64,000 bases of DNA from Minisyncoccota bacterium (GCA_041917695.1 JAYRXE010000037.1:306582-370581); one strand, 5' to 3'; positions 17,909-27,357 are shown, numbered from the stretch's first letter. Numbers and translations: made by a program. The notes: generated by a model not told the origin, from the letters alone.

Positions 17909-18530
17909 GTTTCTTTTGGAGCGGAAGCGGCGTGCGCGGAAGATTTTCAAAAAGTTGGAAAAGCTTTTTCCCGACGCCGGAATGATTCTTGATTATTTGA
18001 ACGATTGGGAACTCATGGTTGCCGTCCAGCTTTCCGCCCAGTCTACCGACCGCCAGGTGAACAAAATCACGCCGGCGCTTTTTAAGAAATACCCGCGAAT
18101 CGAGGACTATGCGAATGCGCGGGCGTCCGAGTTCGAGCGGGATATTTTCTCGAGCGGTTTTTACAAGGCGAAGACCCGGAATATTTTGGGAGCCGCGAAA
18201 TATCTCCTTCTGCATCATCAGGGCCGGCTGCCGAAGACCATGGCCGAAATGGTGAAGATTCCCGGCGTGGGGCGGAAGACGGCGAATGTCGTCTTAGGGA
18301 ATGCGCACCAAGTCGTGGAGGGGATAGCCGTCGACACGCACGTGAAGCGCCTGGCGCAGGTCTTGGGCCTTACAACGCAAAAGACTCCCGAGAAGATAGA
18401 AAAAGATTTGATGGCGCTTTTCCCTCAGAAGGATTGGTTTCGGCTCACCTATTTGCTTATCGAATACGGCCGAAATTACTGTACGGCGCGGAAGCACAAC
18501 CACGAGCATTGCCCGCTGTATAATATTTGA
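17889..18530 (+). CDS. nth: endonuclease III
   Basis: HhH-GPD (LMVAVQLSAQSTDRQVN..PGVGRKTANVVL) and C-terminal 4Fe-4S Cys cluster CTARKHNHEHCPL; overlaps rsmE by 20 nt. Confidence 0.9.
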   Translation: MGKKIDKFLLERKRRARKIFKKLEKLFPDAGMILDYLNDWELMVAVQLSAQSTDRQVNKITPALFKKYPRIEDYANARASEFERDIFSSGFYKAKTRNILGAAKYLLLHHQGRLPKTMAEMVKIPGVGRKTANVVLGNAHQVVEGIAVDTHVKRLAQVLGLTTQKTPEKIEKDLMALFPQKDWFRLTYLLIEYGRNYCTARKHNHEHCPLYNI

Positions 18531-18602
18531 GGCGGAACGCTTTATTGACAAAAAGCACAATTAGTGCTTTTTTAATTTCAGTACTAACTTAATAAATTTA
18601 AT

Positions 18603-18899
18603 ATGGTAGAAAAACTTGTTTCACGGATGGGATATATTCCGTTGGATAATTTATTAGATCCCACGTTCCAACAAAAAAAGGATTCACCGGCTCTTTCGAA
18701 AAAAGTGAAGTTCATAAATGAGCCTCCTGATAACCTTCTTTTTAAACGGGAATTCCTTTACTCAAAAGAATTAGAAAACGGTCATTGGCTCGTAATTCCG
18801 GGACTTGATCGTTGCATAGGCATTCTCTTTGTCCTTGAAGAAAGAGATGGGCTTGGCTTCATGGCTTTTCATGCGTTGCCGCTCAAAGAGTTATGCTGA
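18603..18899 (+). CDS. hypothetical protein in AT-rich islet (possibly 5' part of a frameshifted gene)
   Basis: 98-aa ORF, about 40% GC, no SD; overlaps the next ORF in +1 frame. Confidence 0.3.
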   Translation: MVEKLVSRMGYIPLDNLLDPTFQQKKDSPALSKKVKFINEPPDNLLFKREFLYSKELENGHWLVIPGLDRCIGILFVLEERDGLGFMAFHALPLKELC

Positions 18900-19128
18900 A
18901 AACCGTGATTTATATAAATTTTCAATTATGAATTATGTTTTTCCGATCGTTCATAGCTTGAGGGGCACGAATGCAACCATCATACGGGTGTTGCCGCAGG
19001 AGAATGTTCGGGAAACGACAATTCTCGCAAACAAGGATTGGTTTGCTGTGCTTCAATTTCCAAAAGAGGGACGCATGGTAGGGGGAATAAGAGGCTCCAC
19101 AAGAACCCCGCATGCGTTGCTCGGTTAA
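18829..19128 (+). CDS. hypothetical protein in AT-rich islet (possibly 3' part of frameshifted gene; alternative ATG at 18929)
   Basis: 99-aa ORF in +1 frame relative to 18603..18899; followed by strong terminator. Confidence 0.25.
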   Translation: MSLKKEMGLASWLFMRCRSKSYAENRDLYKFSIMNYVFPIVHSLRGTNATIIRVLPQENVRETTILANKDWFAVLQFPKEGRMVGGIRGSTRTPHALLG

Positions 19129-19134
19129 TTAACA

Positions 19135-19168
19135 AAGCCCCGCCGAAAGGCGGGCTTTTTTTATTTCC
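19135..19168 (+). terminator. rho-independent terminator
   Basis: aaagccccgccgaaaggcgggcttttttt. Confidence 0.65.
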
Positions 19169-19410
19169 AGAGCCTATATGAGGCAATGCCAGTATTTTCA
19201 GGGAATTTTAGCGGGGGAATGCCGTTTCTTGGCGCAGTAAGAAGCAATGGAAAGACAAGTCTCAAATTGGATATAGGCAGATACGCAATATGGGGAGCAA
19301 TGCTCCCTTTTTTGTTTTTCTAGCGATAGTTAATAGGAGACTGAGCCAAAGAGCGGGAGGTACCTCGACGGAAAAGCGATTCTTTCATGCCATTGCGGTA
19401 TGCTTATGGT

Positions 19411-20049
19411 ATGAAGTACAAAGGGATTATTTTCGATATGGATGGGGTGATTTCTGATACGCAAAAGCTCCATTCGCAAGCTGAGTCCGATATACTCGCT
19501 CAATACGGGGTGTCGCTTACTCCCGCTGAAATATCGCGGAGATATTCGGGGGTGAAGACATCTGAATTCATGGCAGACTTGCTGAAAGGCCAAAAGGATA
19601 CCGTGGATATGGCGGCTCTCATGGAAAATAAAAGAGCGCAGATGAATAAGCTCGCCTCCGGTGGTATTGACCCAATTCCAGGAATATTTGAGCTTTTAGC
19701 CTATCTCAAAAATTGCCATATGAAGATCGGTCTCGCTTCAGCATCCGGAAGAGGCTTCATAGACCTCGTTCTCGATCATTTGAATATCCGTTCATATTTT
19801 GATGCTATCACGAGCGCCGAAGAGGTTTCGCAGGGGAAGCCCGCCCCTGACATATTCCTGCTTGCCGCAAAAAAGCTTGAACTTCAACCCGGGGATTGCA
19901 TCGTCATCGAAGATGGAATAAGCGGGATGACCGCCGCAAAAAAGGCAGGCATGAAATCCGTTGGTTTGGTTCCCAAAGATACGGATATCGAATACCCCGC
20001 GGATGTAATCATTAATTCCCTTGATGAATTTCCCGCCCTATTGGTTTAG
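19411..20049 (+). CDS. HAD-IA family hydrolase (beta-phosphoglucomutase-like)
   Basis: IIFDMDGVISDT motif I, S/T motif, K..GDCIVIEDGISGMTAAKKAGM motif III/IV. Confidence 0.75.
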   Translation: MKYKGIIFDMDGVISDTQKLHSQAESDILAQYGVSLTPAEISRRYSGVKTSEFMADLLKGQKDTVDMAALMENKRAQMNKLASGGIDPIPGIFELLAYLKNCHMKIGLASASGRGFIDLVLDHLNIRSYFDAITSAEEVSQGKPAPDIFLLAAKKLELQPGDCIVIEDGISGMTAAKKAGMKSVGLVPKDTDIEYPADVIINSLDEFPALLV

Positions 20050-20068
20050 CAAGAGACAAGGGGATTTT

Positions 20069-20095
20069 TAAAAGCAGCTCTAAAAGCTGCTTTTA
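20069..20095 (+). terminator. rho-independent terminator after HAD gene
   Basis: aaagcagct-ctaa-aagctgctttt. Confidence 0.6.
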
Positions 20096-20113
20096 ATTTA
20101 GTGCCCGGGGAGG
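20096..20113. repeat. 18-bp direct repeat of the tRNA-Leu 3' end (ttagtgcccggggaggga); second copy 20283-20300 inside the tRNA
   Basis: Exact 18-nt duplicate of acceptor/T-stem 3' strand located 170 bp beyond the tRNA 3' end. Confidence 0.7.
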
Positions 20114-20285
20114 GAAATCTCACAAAATTTCTTCCGCTATACAGCAAAAGAAATTTTTAAGAACCCACGTTTCTTAAGGGATTTCCTCAACGGGAGACCA
20201 CATGTTCTCCCGACCCCACTCTTGTTCGAGTCCTTCCCAAAAGAAAAATTTAAAAATAGCCCGTGAGGACTATTTTTAGAATTAG

Positions 20286-20369
20286 TGCCCGGGGAGGGAC
20301 TCGAACCCTCACGGCACATAGGCCACACGATTTTGAGTCGTGGTTGTCTACCAATTCCAACACCCGGGC
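20286..20369 (-). tRNA. tRNA-Leu (anticodon CAA)
   Basis: Reverse complement GCCCGGGTGTTGGAATTGGTAGACAACCACGACTCAAAATCGTGTGGCCTATGTGCCGTGAGGGTTCGAGTCCCTCCCCGGGCA; 7-bp acceptor, 3-bp D stem, anticodon loop CTCAAAA, long variable arm, GGTTCGAGTCC T-arm; CCA not encoded. Confidence 0.85.
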
Positions 20370-20442
20370 GTATTGAACAAATGTGATAATGCCATATACT
20401 TGAGCAAGTTTCAATTAATTAATAAATAAGAGGAGGTATTGT

Positions 20443-21219
20443 ATGCAATGGTTGAAAGCATTGCGATTGCCCATGTGTCTTATAGTGGTAGCGCTGGTTG
20501 CGGTGGTTTTCAAGGAGGGCCAGGGGTATATTCCCTGGAATCTTGCTATTGGATGCGGATGCATATTTACAACGGCAATGCTCCAAAACGATTGGCGGGA
20601 CCGATTCCATGACCGAAAGAAGAATAAGAACTTCGTTCTCGATAATTTGACCGAATTCCTTTTCTTAGTGGTGGTGGCGTGGATAATCGTTTTCGGTTTT
20701 GCCGTTTCGGCGTTCTACCAGGGGTTTTATCCCGGCGTTATTTTCGTATTGCTCATCGGGATAAGTTTTTTATATTCCGAGGCAAGGAAAATACCGATGG
20801 CGCCTTCCGTACTTGTTGCACTTGCTCCAACACTTCTCGTCTTACTTCCATATTGGGAGTTACGTGGGGAAATGCGTCCTGTATTTTATTTTTTTGCTCT
20901 AGCCACCTTCCTTGTGATATTAGGGAGAGAGGTGATGAGGGACATTGATGATGCGCTCATCGATCAGGGCTACAAATGGACATTGCCGATAAAACTGGGA
21001 GTTCAAAAAGCAAAACTCGTAGCTATTGGGTTTATTATGACTGGTTCAATAGTAGCGTGCATCAGTTTTTCTATGACTTCGCGGAATTTTCCCATCGCGG
21101 GGGTTCTCGTCATTCTTGCGGGGCTCAGTTTTTTCGGATTGGGCATGCCTTCCAAGGCGGCGCGGGGATGGATAGACGCCGGTATGGCAGTTTCCCTCCT
21201 CACCATGTTTGTTTTTTAA
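20443..21219 (+). CDS. UbiA-family prenyltransferase (membrane)
   Basis: NDWRDRFHD (NDxxDxxxD) and REVMRDIDDALID (DxxxD) motifs, 7-8 TM helices; strong SD aggagg. Confidence 0.55.
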   Translation: MQWLKALRLPMCLIVVALVAVVFKEGQGYIPWNLAIGCGCIFTTAMLQNDWRDRFHDRKKNKNFVLDNLTEFLFLVVVAWIIVFGFAVSAFYQGFYPGVIFVLLIGISFLYSEARKIPMAPSVLVALAPTLLVLLPYWELRGEMRPVFYFFALATFLVILGREVMRDIDDALIDQGYKWTLPIKLGVQKAKLVAIGFIMTGSIVACISFSMTSRNFPIAGVLVILAGLSFFGLGMPSKAARGWIDAGMAVSLLTMFVF

Positions 21220-21293
21220 CGAAAGGAGCTTTTAAGCTCCTTTTTATTTGGATACGAAAACAGCAAAAAATGTATTAGAATAAGAAAAACGCG

Positions 21294-22229
21294 ATGGCGA
21301 GGGTTATTACAATTTTGAATCAGAAAGGGGGAGTGGGAAAAACGACGACCGTGATGAATCTCGGCGGGTATCTCGCCATGCACGGCAAAAAGACCCTTAT
21401 CATCGATTTCGACCCCCAGTTTAACGCCACCATCGGCCTCGGCATCCGCCATGCGGAGCGGGAGACCATTTACCACGCCTTGATCGGCGAAGTGGACGTC
21501 TTGAGCGCCGTACGCGCCACTTCTTTGGCGCATCTCGATATCGTGCCTGCCTCCCAAGACTTGGCGGGGGCGCTGGTCGAGCTTTTGGAGTTCAGCGACC
21601 GCAATGAGCGGCTGAAGAATATCATCCGCCCATTGCGCGAACGGTACGACTTCATCCTCATCGACCTTGGCCCAAGCCTCAACATGCTTACGTTGAACGG
21701 CCTTATCGCGTCGGACGAGGTGCTGATTCCCGTGCAGTGCGAATACTATAGCCTCGAGGGTATTCGCCAGCTTTTGGATACCATTGATTTGGTCCGCAAG
21801 AATCTCAACCATCCGCTTTCGATCGCCGGCGCGCTCTTAACCATGTACGACAAGCGCGAGAAGCTTTCGCGCGAAGTCGCCCGCGAGATCCGGAAGCGCT
21901 TTCCGTATCACGTGTACGACGTTGAGATTCCGCGCTCAGTCGCCCTTGCCGAAGCGCCGAGCTATCAAAAGCCCGTGATGCTTTACGCGCCCCAGTCGCC
22001 GGGCGCCATGGCGTATGAAGCGCTCGCCCGCGAAATCATTACGGGGAGAAAAGAGGAGGCCGTATCGCGGCCAATCGAACGGATTTCGGAGTCATTTGCG
22101 CTCGCGCCGGTCGTTTCGACCGCGCTTATGGAGAAGGCGGAAGAGGAATTAGAAGCCCGCCCGGAGCCTTTTGAGGAGCTTCCGGAGCCCTTTATCCTTC
22201 ATCTTTTTGAAGACGGGAGCGGGGAGTAG
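21294..22229 (+). CDS. parA: ParA/Soj chromosome partitioning ATPase (with about 50-aa acidic C-terminal extension)
   Basis: deviant Walker A KGGVGKTTT, ParA fold motifs. Confidence 0.9.
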   Translation: MARVITILNQKGGVGKTTTVMNLGGYLAMHGKKTLIIDFDPQFNATIGLGIRHAERETIYHALIGEVDVLSAVRATSLAHLDIVPASQDLAGALVELLEFSDRNERLKNIIRPLRERYDFILIDLGPSLNMLTLNGLIASDEVLIPVQCEYYSLEGIRQLLDTIDLVRKNLNHPLSIAGALLTMYDKREKLSREVAREIRKRFPYHVYDVEIPRSVALAEAPSYQKPVMLYAPQSPGAMAYEALAREIITGRKEEAVSRPIERISESFALAPVVSTALMEKAEEELEARPEPFEELPEPFILHLFEDGSGE

Positions 22230-22573
22230 GAGTGTTGTTTGACACCGCTTGAAACGGCAGTACCATAATATTCGGTTCTTATTTTTATTGAACGCGCGAG
22301 GTATTGATCCGAGCGTCCGGCCGGCGCGGAGGTCTTTATCGGACTCGTTGGTAAGGATAAGTTCCCGTACGTACGTTATAGCAAAGCAGAGACGAATAGT
22401 GATTTCCTCTCGTGCAGACGATGTATCGTTTTGGGAAGTTCTTTCTATTTCAACACAATATAGTAAACCCCAAAATTTGTAATACGTGACTCTGCGCAAA
22501 TCGGAAATTGCCGTTCCCTCTGTTTTTGCTTTTTAAGCCCCCGTAACGAATATGCGGGGATTTTGTTTTATGG

Positions 22574-23575
22574 ATGCCGAAAGGTAAAATAAAACCACTT
22601 TCTAAAACCATGCTCGGAAAAGGCCTCAATTCGCTTATTGCTCCCGGCAGCGGGGAAGAGAAAAAGCCGGTTGTCCCGGCGCCTTCCGCGTTGCAACCAG
22701 TTTCCCATCCGACGCCGATTTCGCACGGGCGCGAAGAAAAGGATTTCCATCAGTACGAGCCGCGGCCGAAACGCACCGAGCACCCGAAACCGGATTCCGT
22801 TTTCCACATCGAGATCGAGAAGATCCGCCCGAACCCGTACCAGCCCCGCAAGCATTTCAGCGAGGCCGATATCAACGAGCTTGCGGAGTCCATAAAGGAA
22901 TTCGGCGTGCTCCAGCCCATCGTCGTAACGAAAGTCGTCACGCAAAACTCCCACGGCACGAATGTCGAGTACCAGCTCGTCGCCGGCGAGCGCCGTCTCC
23001 GCGCCGCGCAGGTTGCCGGGATTCCGCGCATCCCCGCCATCGTGCGCCGAGTCGACGGGCCGAAGATGAAGCTTGAGCTCGCGCTTATCGAAAACATCCA
23101 GCGGTCGAACCTGAATCCGATGGAATCGGCGCGCGCCTATGCCCGCTTCCAGGACGAATTCGGGCTTACCCAGCGGGAAATCGCCCTTCGCGTCGGGAAA
23201 AGCCGGGAGAGCGTGGCGAACACGATGCGCCTCATGAATTTGCCTTCAAATATCCAAATAGCCCTTGAGGAGGGAAAGGTGAATGAATCCCAGGCGCGTG
23301 CGCTTCTTTCGACCGAAAACCACGCCGAGCAGCAGATGATTTTCGAACGCATCTTGCGCGGCGAAGTCGGGAGCGCGCGCCGTGTGCGCGAATCGTCCGG
23401 CGTGAAGCCCGGCAAGGACCCGGAAACGAATTATTGGGAGAAGCGGCTTGAGGAACGCATGGGCCTTCCCGTGGAGATCGCAAAGCGCGGGACGCGCGGG
23501 CGGGTAAGCATCCAATTCTATTCGGACGAGGAATTCCGCTCCATCCTGAAGAATTTCGGCGCGGAGCTCGAATAA
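22574..23575 (+). CDS. parB: ParB/Spo0J partition protein (N-terminal extension)
   Basis: ParB box GERRLRAA, HTH region, IENIQR motif. Confidence 0.9.
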   Translation: MPKGKIKPLSKTMLGKGLNSLIAPGSGEEKKPVVPAPSALQPVSHPTPISHGREEKDFHQYEPRPKRTEHPKPDSVFHIEIEKIRPNPYQPRKHFSEADINELAESIKEFGVLQPIVVTKVVTQNSHGTNVEYQLVAGERRLRAAQVAGIPRIPAIVRRVDGPKMKLELALIENIQRSNLNPMESARAYARFQDEFGLTQREIALRVGKSRESVANTMRLMNLPSNIQIALEEGKVNESQARALLSTENHAEQQMIFERILRGEVGSARRVRESSGVKPGKDPETNYWEKRLEERMGLPVEIAKRGTRGRVSIQFYSDEEFRSILKNFGAELE

Positions 23576-23577
23576 CG

Positions 23578-25278
23578 TTAAGCCCCCGCGGTTGTTTTCC
23601 AGCTCGCTTCCTTTGTCGCCGGGATGGCGCCGATGCGCGTTACGAGTTTTTTTGCCTTCGCTTCCGTAAGGGCGTGGCACCGCACATGGACGAGGGCGAA
23701 GGCGTGCCGCTTGTCGCTCTGCGACGCGAGTGATGCGATATTCACTTTCATCTCGCCGAAGAGCGCGGTGAGTTCCTTCAGGTATCCCACGTCATCGCGC
23801 GCAATGATGCGGAAATCCGTATAGTGCGGAGCCTTTTTCGCGAGGCTTCCGACGAGGCGTTTCCGCACGGAACTGCGGATGTATTTTTTCGCCATGGAGG
23901 TTTTTACGAAGCGGAGCCAGTCTTCCGAAGGTTTCTTGTTCTGCTGGGTGAGTATTTCCACCACGTCTCCGGATTGGATGGCGGTTTCGAGGGGGACGAT
24001 CTTTCCGTTTATCTTCGCGCCGATGCAATGTTCGCCGATCTCGCGGTGGATTTGGTAGGCAAAATCAACGGGAGTCGCGCCTGCCGGAAGGTCGATGATG
24101 TCGTTTTCGGGAGTGAGGGCAAAGACGCGGTCTTTGAAGAAGTCTACCTTTAGCGACTCGAGGAAGTTTTCCTGGTTTCCGAAGTTCTTTTGCCAGTCGC
24201 GGAGCTGTTCGACCCACAGCAGTTCCTTGCGGTTCTCGACACCTTCCCATTTTTTCGCTCCGCCCGCGCTTTTTGCCTCGCTGTATGCCCAGTGCGCGGC
24301 GACGCCGATTTCGTTCTCTTCGTGCATCTCGCGCGTGCGGATTTGGATTTCGGTTATTTTGCGGTCGACGCAAAAAACCGTCGTGTGGAGCGAGCGGTAC
24401 CCGTTCGATTTGGGGTGGGCGATATAGTCCTTGAAGCGTCCGGGGAGCGGCTGCCAATTCTTATGGATGATGCCGAGCGCGGCATAGCAGTCCTCGACCG
24501 AATTCACGATGATGCGAAGCGCGACAAGGTCGTATATTTTTTCGATATCCATGTCGTATCGCATGAGTTTCCGCCACAGGCTGTAATAATGCTTCGCACG
24601 GGAGTCGACGGCATAGGGCGCGATGCCGCCTTTCAGCATCTCCCGCTTGATGACCGGCTTGATTTTTTCGGCGTAAAGCACGCGTTCTTCGTACCGTTCG
24701 CCGAGGCTTTCCCGGAGCCAGCGGTATTCCTGCGGGTAAAGGAAGGGGAATGCCAGGTCTTCAAGGTCTCCGCTCACCTTTTGCATACCGAGCCGGTAAG
24801 CGAGAGGCGCATAGATCTCGAGCGTTTCCCAGGATATCTCTTTGCGCTTCTCCTCACTCATGAATTCCAGCGTCTTCATGTTGTGCAGGCGGTCGGCGAG
24901 CTTGATGAGAATGACGCGGAGGTCCTTTGAGAAGGAAAGGATGAGCTTCCGGATGTTTTCCACGTCGGGGTCTTTCTGCGCGTATTTGACCTCCTGGATT
25001 TTTGTCAGGCTTTCAACCAAAAAGGCTATTTCCGCCCCGAATTTCTTCTCAACGTCCTTCTTCGTAACGTGGGTGTCTTCAACGACGTCGTGGAGGAGCG
25101 CGGCGGCGATAGAAGCTTCGTCGAGTCCCCAGTCATGGACGGTTCTCGCCACGGCAAGCGGGTGCGTCATATACGGTTCCCCGCTTTTTCGGACGGCTCC
25201 GTCATGCTGATCGCGGGCGAAAGCATACGCTTTGGAGACTGAACTTTTTGGACTGTATTTTTCTATCCAGGATTCCAT
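23578..25278 (-). CDS. rel: bifunctional (p)ppGpp synthetase/hydrolase Rel (RelA/SpoT family), compact 566 aa
   Basis: HD domain HDVVEDT, synthetase domain (RSLHTTV..), TGS and ACT-like C-terminus; the 1155-aa ORF in the track is chimeric with antisense of groESL. Confidence 0.9.
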   Translation of the reverse strand: MESWIEKYSPKSSVSKAYAFARDQHDGAVRKSGEPYMTHPLAVARTVHDWGLDEASIAAALLHDVVEDTHVTKKDVEKKFGAEIAFLVESLTKIQEVKYAQKDPDVENIRKLILSFSKDLRVILIKLADRLHNMKTLEFMSEEKRKEISWETLEIYAPLAYRLGMQKVSGDLEDLAFPFLYPQEYRWLRESLGERYEERVLYAEKIKPVIKREMLKGGIAPYAVDSRAKHYYSLWRKLMRYDMDIEKIYDLVALRIIVNSVEDCYAALGIIHKNWQPLPGRFKDYIAHPKSNGYRSLHTTVFCVDRKITEIQIRTREMHEENEIGVAAHWAYSEAKSAGGAKKWEGVENRKELLWVEQLRDWQKNFGNQENFLESLKVDFFKDRVFALTPENDIIDLPAGATPVDFAYQIHREIGEHCIGAKINGKIVPLETAIQSGDVVEILTQQNKKPSEDWLRFVKTSMAKKYIRSSVRKRLVGSLAKKAPHYTDFRIIARDDVGYLKELTALFGEMKVNIASLASQSDKRHAFALVHVRCHALTEAKAKKLVTRIGAIPATKEASWKTTAGA

Positions 25279-25342
25279 GTGTGTATTTATTCTATAACGA
25301 ACCCGCCCCGTGCGCATATTTGCGGGAGCCCTCACTCTTCTC

Positions 25343-25370
25343 TTGACGCATTTCGCGCGATGGATAGAAT
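25343..25370 (+). promoter_or_regulatory. groESL promoter (TTGACG-16-TAGAAT)
   Basis: TTGACG 25343-25348, TAGAAT 25365-25370. Confidence 0.5.
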
Positions 25371-25396
25371 TAGCAGTAAAGGTCTTAGAGTGCCAA
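25370..25396. promoter_or_regulatory. CIRCE-like inverted repeat (TTAGCAGTA-N9-GAGTGCCAA)
   Basis: 7/9 and 8/9 matches to TTAGCACTC-N9-GAGTGCTAA, immediately downstream of -10 and upstream of groES. Confidence 0.45.
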
Positions 25397-25408
25397 TTTA
25401 TATTATCT

Positions 25409-25711
25409 ATGAAAATAACCCCCTTATTCGATAACGTTTTAATTGAGTCGGTCGAAACTTCCGAGAAAACGACCAAGTCCGGCATCGTCTTGCCGGAAAA
25501 CGCGGAAAAGAAAGAGCAGTCCCGCGGCGTCGTTTCCGCAATCGGCCCGGGGAAGTTCGCGAAGGACGGCTCTGCGCGCCTGCCGATGAGCGTGAAGGTC
25601 GGCGACACGGTCATATTCACGAAGCCGTGGTCAGACGACAAAAAGATGGAATTCGACGGTAAAAAGTACTTCCTGGTGTCGGAGGAAGAAATCATCGCGA
25701 TAACCGAATAG
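25409..25711 (+). CDS. groES: co-chaperonin GroES
   Basis: MKITPLFDNVLIE..GIVLPE..GDTVIF mobile-loop and core. Confidence 0.95.
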   Translation: MKITPLFDNVLIESVETSEKTTKSGIVLPENAEKKEQSRGVVSAIGPGKFAKDGSARLPMSVKVGDTVIFTKPWSDDKKMEFDGKKYFLVSEEEIIAITE

Positions 25712-25716
25712 TTTTT

Positions 25717-27357
25717 ATGGCAAAACAAATCAAATTCAACGAGGAGGCCCGCGCGGCAGTGAAGCGCGGCATCGATACGCTCGCGTCGGCGGTTACGATG
25801 ACGCTCGGTCCCCGCGGACGGGCGGTCGTGATGGAAAAGGGCTATGGCGCCCCGCAGGTGACCTTTGACGGCGTTACTGTGGCAAAAGAGATCGAGCTTG
25901 AGGAAAAGTACGAAAATCTCGGCGCGGAGTTTCTGAAGCAGGCCGCCGACAAAACCAACGACAACGTGGGCGATGGCACCACCACCTCCGTCGTCTTGGC
26001 GCATGCGCTCATTAGCGAGGGCGAAAAGCGGGTGAACGAGAAGGGCTTCAACGTCATCCGGCTCGCCGAGGAGCTGAAGCACGAGAGCGAAGCCATCGTG
26101 CGCGAGCTTGAGGCGCAGAAAGAGGAGATAAACGACGTGAAGAAGATCCAGGAGGTCGCGACCCTTTCCGCAAAGGATGCGGAGATCGGCGCTTTGATAG
26201 CCGACGTGATGGGAAAGATCGGCCGCGACGGCGTGGTGACCGTCGAAGATTCGAACACCATCGGCAATTCCTATGAGATGGTAGAAGGCATGTCTTTCGA
26301 CCGGGGGTACATTTCTCAGTACATGGTGACGAATCCGGATCGCATGGAGGCCGCGCTCGATGAACCAATGATTCTCGTTACCGAAAAGAAAATCTCCTCG
26401 CTCCAGGAATTTTTGCCCTTGCTTGAGAAGCTCGTGCAGAGTGGCAAGAAGGAGCTTTTCATCGTCGCTGACGACGTGGAGAGCGAAGCGCTCACGACCT
26501 TGATTTTGAACAAGCTGCGTGGCGTTCTGAACGTCTTGGCGGTAAAGGCTCCCGGTTTTGGAGACCGTAAGAAGGAGATGCTCCAAGATATCTGCATCGT
26601 GACCGGCGCGAACTTTATTTCGGAGGAATTGGGCAGGAAGCTCGATTCGGTGACGCTCGAAGACTTGGGATCGGCGCACCGCGTGGTCGCCACGAAGGAT
26701 GCCACGACGATCGTCGGCGGAAAGGGCGAGAAGGGCGAGATCGAGAAGCGAATCGGCCAGCTGAAGAGCCAGCTTCAAAAGACCGATTCGGATTTCGACA
26801 AGGAGAAGCTCCAGGAGCGCCTTGGCAAGCTTTCCGGCGGTGTTGCCGTCATCAAAGTCGGTTCGCCGACGGAATCCGCGCAAAAGGAATTGAAACAGCG
26901 GGTTGAGGATGCGGTGAACGCAACGCGGGCAGCGATGGAGGAAGGGATCATCCCCGGCGGCGGTATGGCTTTGCTGAACGTTTCTTTGAAGCTTGCGAAG
27001 ACGGATGCCGAGCCGGTGAAGGCGGCGGCGCGCGAGATACTTCATGCCGCCCTCCAGGCGCCGATTCGCGCGATCGCGATAAACAGCGGCGAAGATGCGG
27101 CTGCCATTATCGCGTCCCTTGAATCGAAGAAAGCGAACGGCGCTGAAATCTGGACTGGTTTCAACGCTTCAACGAATGCGATTGGCGATCTGAAGGAGGC
27201 GGGCATCATTGACCCCTTGAAGGTGACGAAGACGGCTTTCCGAAGCGCGATTTCGGTTGCCGCGAACTATCTGATGATGGGCGCGGCGGTCGTCGACATC
27301 CCGGAGAAGAAGGAGGAAGGGGGAGCGCACAGCCACGGAATGGGGATGGGCTATTAA
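25717..27357 (+). CDS. groEL: chaperonin GroEL
   Basis: AVKRGIDTLASAV..GDGTTTSVVLA..C-terminal GGM-like tail HGMGMGY. Confidence 0.97.
   Translation: MAKQIKFNEEARAAVKRGIDTLASAVTMTLGPRGRAVVMEKGYGAPQVTFDGVTVAKEIELEEKYENLGAEFLKQAADKTNDNVGDGTTTSVVLAHALISEGEKRVNEKGFNVIRLAEELKHESEAIVRELEAQKEEINDVKKIQEVATLSAKDAEIGALIADVMGKIGRDGVVTVEDSNTIGNSYEMVEGMSFDRGYISQYMVTNPDRMEAALDEPMILVTEKKISSLQEFLPLLEKLVQSGKKELFIVADDVESEALTTLILNKLRGVLNVLAVKAPGFGDRKKEMLQDICIVTGANFISEELGRKLDSVTLEDLGSAHRVVATKDATTIVGGKGEKGEIEKRIGQLKSQLQKTDSDFDKEKLQERLGKLSGGVAVIKVGSPTESAQKELKQRVEDAVNATRAAMEEGIIPGGGMALLNVSLKLAKTDAEPVKAAAREILHAALQAPIRAIAINSGEDAAAIIASLESKKANGAEIWTGFNASTNAIGDLKEAGIIDPLKVTKTAFRSAISVAANYLMMGAAVVDIPEKKEEGGAHSHGMGMGY

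Noticed and set aside
20096-20300. Possible CRISPR-like repeat (ttagtgcccggggaggga x2)
   Set aside because: Only two copies, and one is inside a tRNA gene. Explained as a tRNA 3'-end duplication rather than a CRISPR array. No other regularly spaced repeats were found in the window.
20137-20328. 63-aa minus-strand ORF next to tRNA-Leu
   Set aside because: Overlaps the tRNA gene and the att-like repeat spacer. No RBS. Reads as spurious.
22230-22573. parS site between parA and parB
   Set aside because: No 16-bp palindrome resembling tGTTtCACGTGAAAcA found. gtttgacaccgcttgaaac is not palindromic.
25279-27045. Upper part of the 1155-aa minus-strand ORF 23578..27045
   Set aside because: Only 23578..25278 (from MESWIEKY) encodes Rel. 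The remainder is the antisense frame of groES/groEL, kept open by GC-rich codon bias.
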